The notes below the pieces were generated by a model. The model ran no database searches. It saw only the letters and a list, made by a program, of their open reading frames with translations, and was not told where the DNA came from. 31,290 nt of DNA, taken from Candidatus Iainarchaeum sp. Lineage in GTDB: Archaea; Iainarchaeota; Iainarchaeia; Iainarchaeales; Iainarchaeaceae. The translations under genes and the position numbers were made by a program. Of this stretch, positions 25,210 through 31,290 are shown one piece after another. The stretch spans positions 1-31,290 of the forward strand of contig JAWANB010000005.1 in NCBI GenBank assembly GCA_038895675.1. Direction: 5' to 3'. Numbering within the stretch: position 1 is the first letter of the stretch; each line of letters starts with the position of its first letter.

Positions 25210-25566
25210 CTAATCTTTTCTTTTTATTATTTTTACTCTGCTTGGCGTTACTATGACTTTTTCTTGGCTTATCCTTGCTATGTCTCCGTTTATAGATTCA
25301 ATGCCTGCTTTTATTTCATTCACGAGTTCCTTCAACTTTTGTGCATTTCTTTTGCTTAAATCTCCAATGTTTACTAACACTATATTGCCTTTTTTTGCTT
25401 CTTCTAATACCAAGTCTTTGTCTTGGTCAGTTGAAAGCGTGATAGGCTTCACAAAAGCGTCTGCGTCCTCGTAAGGGTCTTCTTGTTCTGTGTCTATTTT
25501 ATTCAAGAACTCTTCAATATCAAAATCCTCTTTTTTTTTGCCTATAAGCTTTTCCATAAATGCCAT
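25210..25566 (-). CDS. sepF: Cell division protein SepF (archaeal)
   Basis: N-terminal amphipathic segment, GNIVLVNI and GDIARISQEKVIVTP. RBS GGGGTGA. Confidence 0.9.
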   Translation of the reverse strand: MAFMEKLIGKKKEDFDIEEFLNKIDTEQEDPYEDADAFVKPITLSTDQDKDLVLEEAKKGNIVLVNIGDLSKRNAQKLKELVNEIKAGIESINGDIARISQEKVIVTPSRVKIIKRKD

Positions 25567-25761
25567 ATAGTAATCACCCCTCCATCATGGGCTAAACCTA
25601 ATTCATTACGTATGATGCTTATTTTAAGCTTTTGGTAGTGCTACTTTTGAGTTTTGAAGAGTTTATTTAAGTTAAATTTTCAAATACATTTAGCGGAAGT
25701 AGTTCAGTTCCATAACTAAATTTTTTTAAAAAAAGTTAAAGCGTTCTATTAAAGGGGTTGC

Positions 25762-26967
25762 ATGAACGCTGTGAATGTTTTTGCAAAAGAGTTTGAAAAA
25801 GACACTATTTTTTTAGACCGAAACCTCATGACCCCTTATTATACGCCTGATGTTCTTCCTTTTAGAGAAACTTACATTGAAAATATTTCAAAAATTTTGG
25901 CGACTACTTTGCGAGGCCAAAAGGCTGACAATATTTTCATATTTGGAAAAACAGGGACTGGAAAGACTTCTGTAACAAAGCATGTTCTAAAGCAATTGTT
26001 GGAATTTACTTCTAAACATGGCTTGTTGGTTGTTGGAAATTATGTTAATTGTAGGAATCACAACAGCAAGTATCGTGTTCTAATAAAGTTAGTAAAAGAC
26101 TTTTATCCAGAAGAGAATTTTTTGGGTTTTTCAGCAGCCTTCGTTTATGAAAAATTAGTTGATTTCGCAAGGAAAGGCAATCAATTAGTAATAGTTCTTG
26201 ACGAAATAGATAAAATAAAAGACTTAGACGAGTTAGTTTATGGTTTGACAAGAGCAAACAGCGAAATAGAAAAAGGCGGAATAACAATAATAGGCATATC
26301 AAACAATTTAATGTTCAAAGACCGATTAGATCCAAGGACAAAATCAAGTCTTTGTCAACAAGAAATGGTTTTTCCGCCATATAATGCAGAGGAACTAACA
26401 GAAATCTTAAGACAAAGAGTTTCAATAGCTTTTAAACCAAACACTGTTGATGAAAGTGCTATAAGATTAGCAGCAGCAATAGCAGCACAAGAATCAGGCG
26501 ACGCAAGAACTGCAGTTATGTTATTATTGAGAGCTGGCGAGTTAGCAGACATGAAAGGCTCTATAGTTAAAGACACTGAAGTTCAAAAAGCAAAAAAGCA
26601 AGTAGAAGAAGAACTAATCCTAAACATGGTCTCTACTTTACCAGAACAACAACAATTAGTACTTTATGCTATTTCCTGTCTTTCCTTGACAAAAAAGCCA
26701 ACCCAAAAAATAACAGGCGAACAAGAAGAAGGCATACTATTCTCAGGCGAAGTTTACGAAGAATATTGCAAAATATCAAAAAAACTCAGCAATAACATGG
26801 TAAGCTCAAGATGGTACAGAGAATACATTAACGAACTCGAAATGTACGGAATAATTTATACTACAAATTCAGGCAAGGGAATAAAAGGCCAGACAAGACT
26901 AATAAAGTTAGGCGTAGAACCAGACAAAATAAAATCCCTAATAGAAAAACAAATACAATCAACATAG
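25762..26967 (+). CDS. cdc6: Cdc6/Orc1 replication initiator
   Basis: Y-x-PDVLPFRE, GKTGTGKT, YVNC, VLDEID, LDPRTKSSL, FPPYNAEEL, GDAR and a winged-helix C-terminus. Confidence 0.96.
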   Translation: MNAVNVFAKEFEKDTIFLDRNLMTPYYTPDVLPFRETYIENISKILATTLRGQKADNIFIFGKTGTGKTSVTKHVLKQLLEFTSKHGLLVVGNYVNCRNHNSKYRVLIKLVKDFYPEENFLGFSAAFVYEKLVDFARKGNQLVIVLDEIDKIKDLDELVYGLTRANSEIEKGGITIIGISNNLMFKDRLDPRTKSSLCQQEMVFPPYNAEELTEILRQRVSIAFKPNTVDESAIRLAAAIAAQESGDARTAVMLLLRAGELADMKGSIVKDTEVQKAKKQVEEELILNMVSTLPEQQQLVLYAISCLSLTKKPTQKITGEQEEGILFSGEVYEEYCKISKKLSNNMVSSRWYREYINELEMYGIIYTTNSGKGIKGQTRLIKLGVEPDKIKSLIEKQIQST

Positions 26968-26974
26968 TTTTTGT

Positions 26975-27669
26975 CTAAATTTTTTGAGCCACTAAAATAA
27001 TATGTTCTAAAGGCCCAATTTTTTTATTTGTAGGAAAAGACGAATTAATATCCGCACAATGAATTATTTTAAAACCGAGCTTTCTCAAAGTTCGCAATAA
27101 ATCATCATTATTTTTTACTCCTTTCTCAGAAAAAAGACTTTCAAATCCTCTTCTGGTTTGTTAAATATTATTATTAACCCGTTTTTTCTGAGGAACTTTG
27201 CAATATTTGTTAATGCTTGTTCATAATCAACGTAATTCAAAACGTCAGAAAGCAAAAAAGTATCAACAGGCTTATTTTCAAAAAATTTTTTTGCTCTTGC
27301 AATTTTTCGCAAAAGACTAAAAGTCTTAATTTTTGTTTCAATATCCAAAGGCATTTCAAAAACATTTTCTTTTATCTTTTCTTTATCAAAAGCTAAATCT
27401 ATTCTCAAAACTTTTTTTCTTTCAGCATCATATAAAAAACCAGCTCTTGCAGCAAGTCCGTTTTTAGTTATTATGTCTTGAGCTCCGCTTCCAACATCAA
27501 CAAAATTTCGCCCTAACAATCCTTTTCTATCGAGCTCTCGAATTAAAGGAACTAATGTTTTTTGTTTCAATTCTAAACCATAATCTTTTCCAAAAAACCC
27601 GCTCCACTTTTCACGTTTTAATTTTGTTGGAACGAATTTTTTTTTCCTTTCTCTAGGCTTAAATCTCAT
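26975..27669 (-). pseudogene. Class I SAM-dependent methyltransferase split by a -1 frameshift (real lesion or sequencing error)
   Basis: Frame 1 (27669..27115) has VDVGSG, LRID and LSDVLNYVD. The -1 frame 27151..26975 continues with ...LLRTLRKLGFKII...IILVAQKI*, a typical methyltransferase C-terminus. Confidence 0.7.
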
Positions 27670-27688
27670 ATAGATTTTTTAACAACTT

Positions 27689-28480
27689 TCATGTTAAAGT
27701 ATATTTCCCTTTTATAGGCCTATCAGGATAAACTCTAATGCCTTCTTTATCAGAAATAGTTAACTCAACTAATTTTCTTTGAAAGTTTTCCCCTCTCAAT
27801 TTGAAAATCTCTAATGCTCTGCCTCTCGTTCCATTGCTATAAAGAACATTGTATATTACTATTATTCCGTCTGACAGAAAACTTATTGCTTCTCCACCTT
27901 CAGTAGGTCCATCAGTCCCAGTGTGTGTAGGCTTAGGAGTTTCCCTTATCAATAAAGAAGTTATGTTGTGGGTTTCAAGGTATCTAAACATTTGTTCCAT
28001 ATAAATTCTGAACCTATATTCTTCTCCACTAAAAGCAGAAGAAATAGAAGTTAAAGAATCTATTAAGACTATGTCAGGCTTAAAATCTTTTGGTATCAGA
28101 ACGACTTCAACATCTATCAACAACTCTTTTTTTGCTTCACTTAACAAAGCTTCAACACTTCTCGCTATGTCCAAGGCATTGAATCTCTTTATTTTTAAAA
28201 GTCCTTTTCTTTCATATTCTTCAGGGTTATAACCAAACATTTTCATGTGGTCTCTTAAGCTTTCTTCTTTTTCTTCAAAACTCATGTAGAGCACTTTATA
28301 ACCATCTTTGCATGCGTTTAAACCAGATTGAAGACAAAAAAGAGTCTTTCCAGAACCAGGGCCACCTTCAACTATTACTGCAGAGCCCCAGGGAATTCCT
28401 CGTGTAAACATTTCATCCATTCCAGGGATGTGAGTTTTAAAGTATTTTCTTTCCTGTTTAATTTCTTTTTCATTTGACAT
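27689..28480 (-). CDS. KaiC/RAD55-like RecA-superfamily ATPase (single domain)
   Basis: THIPGMDEM..GIP, GGPGSGKT, SFEE, IDSLT, SDGII and RALEIFKLRG motifs. Confidence 0.92.
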   Translation of the reverse strand: MSNEKEIKQERKYFKTHIPGMDEMFTRGIPWGSAVIVEGGPGSGKTLFCLQSGLNACKDGYKVLYMSFEEKEESLRDHMKMFGYNPEEYERKGLLKIKRFNALDIARSVEALLSEAKKELLIDVEVVLIPKDFKPDIVLIDSLTSISSAFSGEEYRFRIYMEQMFRYLETHNITSLLIRETPKPTHTGTDGPTEGGEAISFLSDGIIVIYNVLYSNGTRGRALEIFKLRGENFQRKLVELTISDKEGIRVYPDRPIKGKYTLT

Positions 28481-28635
28481 TTAATTCACTTTTTCTATTG
28501 ATTTTCTAATATTTTTTAAAGTTTTATTTTTTAATAATTATTGCTTATCATGTCTTTCAAGAAAAGGCGCTTTTTTTTGTTTGTTTTTTAAATTATCTAA
28601 AGAACCATCAAAACCTTGTTATGTTTAAAGTGAGC

Positions 28636-29517
28636 TTAGAAGAGTCCTTTTTTCTTGCTTGCTTTTTTTTCTTCCTCTTTCAATAAAGCTAATTCTCTTG
28701 TAATGTCCCTTTCCATGTCACTATAAACTTGCATTTTACTTTTATAAGTGCTTTCTGACAATATTCCTTTTTCAAAGTAATCGGATTGTGCTTTTTTCTT
28801 TTCTTGGTTCAATATTTCTTTTTCTAACTCTAAACTTTTTATTCTAGCTTTCAATTGTATTTTTTTCAATTGTTGCCTAAAAATAAAACTTATTAATAAA
28901 GGCAATAAAATTGCAATGATTATTTCGTTTTGATAAGTTTTTATGAGATTAACTAAGTTTGAAGCTGCTGCTTCATATATAGCTTCTTTTCTTGCTTTTT
29001 GAGTTGCTATTTCTACTATCTTTTGGTCAGTTTGTGAGATTATTTCTAAAGTTCTTTCAAACCTTTCGTCAATGAATTCTTGTTCAGCTTTTTTATAAAA
29101 ATCTTCTAATATTGAAGTGTCTATGTTTTCGTTTTTGGCTTCTTCTATTCTTTTTTCAAGCATTTCAAGTTCTTGTTTTGCAATTAATCCCAATTCAATT
29201 ACTTTTTTGAGTTCTTTCATTCGTTGCCTGTATTGGCTCAAATCAGGATTTTCTTTAGTGTAAGTAGCATATTCTATTGCATAATCCAAACTTATTTTAG
29301 CTATTGAAAGTAAATCTTTTATTCTGCTTGTAGAAATTCCTTTATCTTCAATTTCTTTTATTTTTGTTTCTATTTCTTTAATTTCTTGTTTTGAAGCTAT
29401 TATGGCAGTCAAATTATGCGCATTAAAGTCAACATTTTCCGAGTTAGTATCTACTATAGTTTCTATTTTTTCGCTGATTACACTGCTTGCTAAATAAAAT
29501 AATGTTATGGCTAACAT
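28636..29517 (-). CDS. Membrane protein with helical ectodomain, TM and cytoplasmic coiled coil (YFEKG motif)
   Basis: N-terminal hydrophobic segment, TM IIIAILLPLLISFIF and AQSDYFEKGILSESTY. Confidence 0.75.
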   Translation of the reverse strand: MLAITLFYLASSVISEKIETIVDTNSENVDFNAHNLTAIIASKQEIKEIETKIKEIEDKGISTSRIKDLLSIAKISLDYAIEYATYTKENPDLSQYRQRMKELKKVIELGLIAKQELEMLEKRIEEAKNENIDTSILEDFYKKAEQEFIDERFERTLEIISQTDQKIVEIATQKARKEAIYEAAASNLVNLIKTYQNEIIIAILLPLLISFIFRQQLKKIQLKARIKSLELEKEILNQEKKKAQSDYFEKGILSESTYKSKMQVYSDMERDITRELALLKEEEKKASKKKGLF

Positions 29518-29533
29518 TAGTTTGCTGACTTTT

Positions 29534-31290
29534 TTATTTGAATATTTTATAGAAGACCCTCCAGAAAAATTTGAAAATTCCTTTTTTTGTTCTTATTGTC
29601 TTTGTTGCTTCATTATACGTTATATTTTTTTCAATTTCGTTGAGTCTTTTTGTTAAACTATCTATTTTTGCTTGGTATGCTCTTGTTTCAATTAATCCTT
29701 TTTCAAAGTATAACGCTTGTGTTTGTTTTATTTCTTTTAATATTCTTTCTCTTTCTTCTTTTAGTTTTGTGCTCTTTGACTTGAAGCTAAGTTGATTCAT
29801 TAGTTCGTTCTGTGCTTCTATAATTTTTTCTATTGCTATAGCAAACTTTGTTTCGTATTGTTTTATTGTCTCTTGATAATCATTCATACTCATTTTGCCT
29901 TCTACAAAGCATTTTGTTTGTGCATCTTTTATTAGTTCAAGTAGTAGTTTTTCTTCAGATTGTAAGGTCTTTATAGTATTTTTCAAGAAAAGTCTTCTTA
30001 CGCTTATAAATCCAATTATAAAGAAAATTAAGCCAGATAAAATTCCTAAAGATAATTGGGTGCTATTTTGCATTATGAAATAACCATAGTTTATTGCTCC
30101 TTTGGTTTCAATGCTGTAAGTTAAATGTGCTTCTTTTAACACATCTAACGCTTTTCTGAATTCTCCTCTGTCTAAAGCTATTTTTGCTAATTCTCTCATT
30201 CTTTTTGTTTTCGTTACTTCAATCATTTCTGATTCGCTTTTATTTATTAGTTCGTCTAACGCTTGTAGCTCTTTTAGTGCTTCTTTTGCAACCTCAATTA
30301 ATTCTAATGCTTGGTTTGAGTATTCTGTTGCTTTATCGTAATCATTGTTGAGCATGTTTATTTCTGCTTCTTCTAACAAGTTGAATATTTCTCTTGCGTT
30401 AATATTCAATTTTAGTAATTCTACTGTTTCAAGTCTTGCTTTTTCAAGAATTTGTTCGGCTTCTTCTTTTGTTATGTCTCTAACAAACAGCGTTACTTTG
30501 CTTTTGAAAGTAAAAGGTATTTCTTTTGTTGATTTCTTTTCTTTTACTTCAAGTATCCCAGTTATAGTGAACTCTAATTCATGCCTACCTGGTTCAAAAT
30601 ATTTTGGTGCTATTATTTTCACTATTAGGAAAGTTTCTTCATCAGGCCCTAAATAGTTTATATCTGGATTTTCTATACTCAAATATTTAGACAATAATCC
30701 TGACACTGTAGCTCTAAGACTTTTCATTATTTCTTCTTTGAATGGGTTTTTTACTTTTACTTTAAATGATTGGTCTTTACCTCTGACTAATTCGAACTTC
30801 TCTATCGTTTGGAAAAATTTTTTCACTTGCTCTTCAGAACTGAATATGTTGCCGCCAGCAAAGGCGATTGTTGAAGCTGAAGTAGTTGCACTTGCAGAAG
30901 GCGCTATTCCAGGAACTATTTGTTCTTCTTGCTGTTCTTGGTTTTCTTGTTGTGTTGGTAATGGAATTACTATTACGTTTACCTGTTCACTTCTTGTTTT
31001 TTGTGCATTATTATCTGGTGTTGCAGTTGCAGTCAAAGTTACCGTTCCACTATCAGCACTTTCGCTTATGTCAACCACTATCGTATTGTATAATTCTTCA
31101 TCTACTTTCAACAACGTTTGAGTAACTTGTTGTGAACCTGTTTTTATTGTCCAGCCAGAAGGTAAAGACCATGACAAAACAACATTATTTGCATCTTCGT
31201 TGCCTTTGTTCGTTACTTTTGCAACAAAAGTTTTGTCTTTATCTCCTTGTTTTACAGAACTTTCATAAGTGGGTATTTCAACTAGCATGA
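29534..31290 (-). CDS. Large surface protein (Ig/CARDB-like domains, helical stalk, TM, cytoplasmic coiled coil), probably 5'-partial
   Basis: VTNKGNEDANNVVLSWSLPSGWT Ig-like domain, low-complexity linker, TM and two YFEKG-like motifs. The frame is open to the window edge and no signal peptide is visible. Confidence 0.8.
   Translation of the reverse strand, partial: MLVEIPTYESSVKQGDKDKTFVAKVTNKGNEDANNVVLSWSLPSGWTIKTGSQQVTQTLLKVDEELYNTIVVDISESADSGTVTLTATATPDNNAQKTRSEQVNVIVIPLPTQQENQEQQEEQIVPGIAPSASATTSASTIAFAGGNIFSSEEQVKKFFQTIEKFELVRGKDQSFKVKVKNPFKEEIMKSLRATVSGLLSKYLSIENPDINYLGPDEETFLIVKIIAPKYFEPGRHELEFTITGILEVKEKKSTKEIPFTFKSKVTLFVRDITKEEAEQILEKARLETVELLKLNINAREIFNLLEEAEINMLNNDYDKATEYSNQALELIEVAKEALKELQALDELINKSESEMIEVTKTKRMRELAKIALDRGEFRKALDVLKEAHLTYSIETKGAINYGYFIMQNSTQLSLGILSGLIFFIIGFISVRRLFLKNTIKTLQSEEKLLLELIKDAQTKCFVEGKMSMNDYQETIKQYETKFAIAIEKIIEAQNELMNQLSFKSKSTKLKEERERILKEIKQTQALYFEKGLIETRAYQAKIDSLTKRLNEIEKNITYNEATKTIRTKKGIFKFFWRVFYKIFK

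Noticed and set aside
25567..25761. Replication origin (ORB repeats) upstream of cdc6
   Set aside because: Only a lone GTTCCA and an AAAGGGG that is better read as the RBS. No repeated ORB.
568..31125. Numerous short antisense or nested ORFs in the track (e.g. 849..1307, 8917..9288, 11857..12225, 18455..18772, 30738..31121)
   Set aside because: Almost all lie opposite well-supported genes, or in T-rich spacer DNA, with Phe/Ser/Leu-rich antisense composition and no motifs.

Overview
AT-rich, densely packed archaeal chromosomal window. Archaeal markers include Cdc6/Orc1, Hel308, aCPSF1/FttA next to proteasome beta, Taw1, NAC, SepF, class III signal peptides, BRE/TATA promoters and GGTGAT ribosome-binding sites. 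By inference, the gene style suggests a DPANN-type lineage. About 30 CDSs are present. They include a loose glycolysis/gluconeogenesis cluster: a cupin-type PGI at the left edge that the ORF track missed, pgk, a PfkB kinase, and a bacterial-type GAPDH with NADP-like signature changes. There are also three paralogous pilin-like proteins, a C-terminally truncated NFACT/RqcH, a frameshifted methyltransferase, and a KaiC-like ATPase downstream of two related membrane proteins sharing a 'YFEKG' motif. The most unusual signal is an unannotated ~217-nt element at 15188-15404 with many nested inverted repeats. It has its own BRE/TATA promoter, overlaps an RBS-led 50-codon ORF, and is a candidate novel structured or dual-function RNA. 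No tRNA, rRNA, CRISPR array or transposase was seen.
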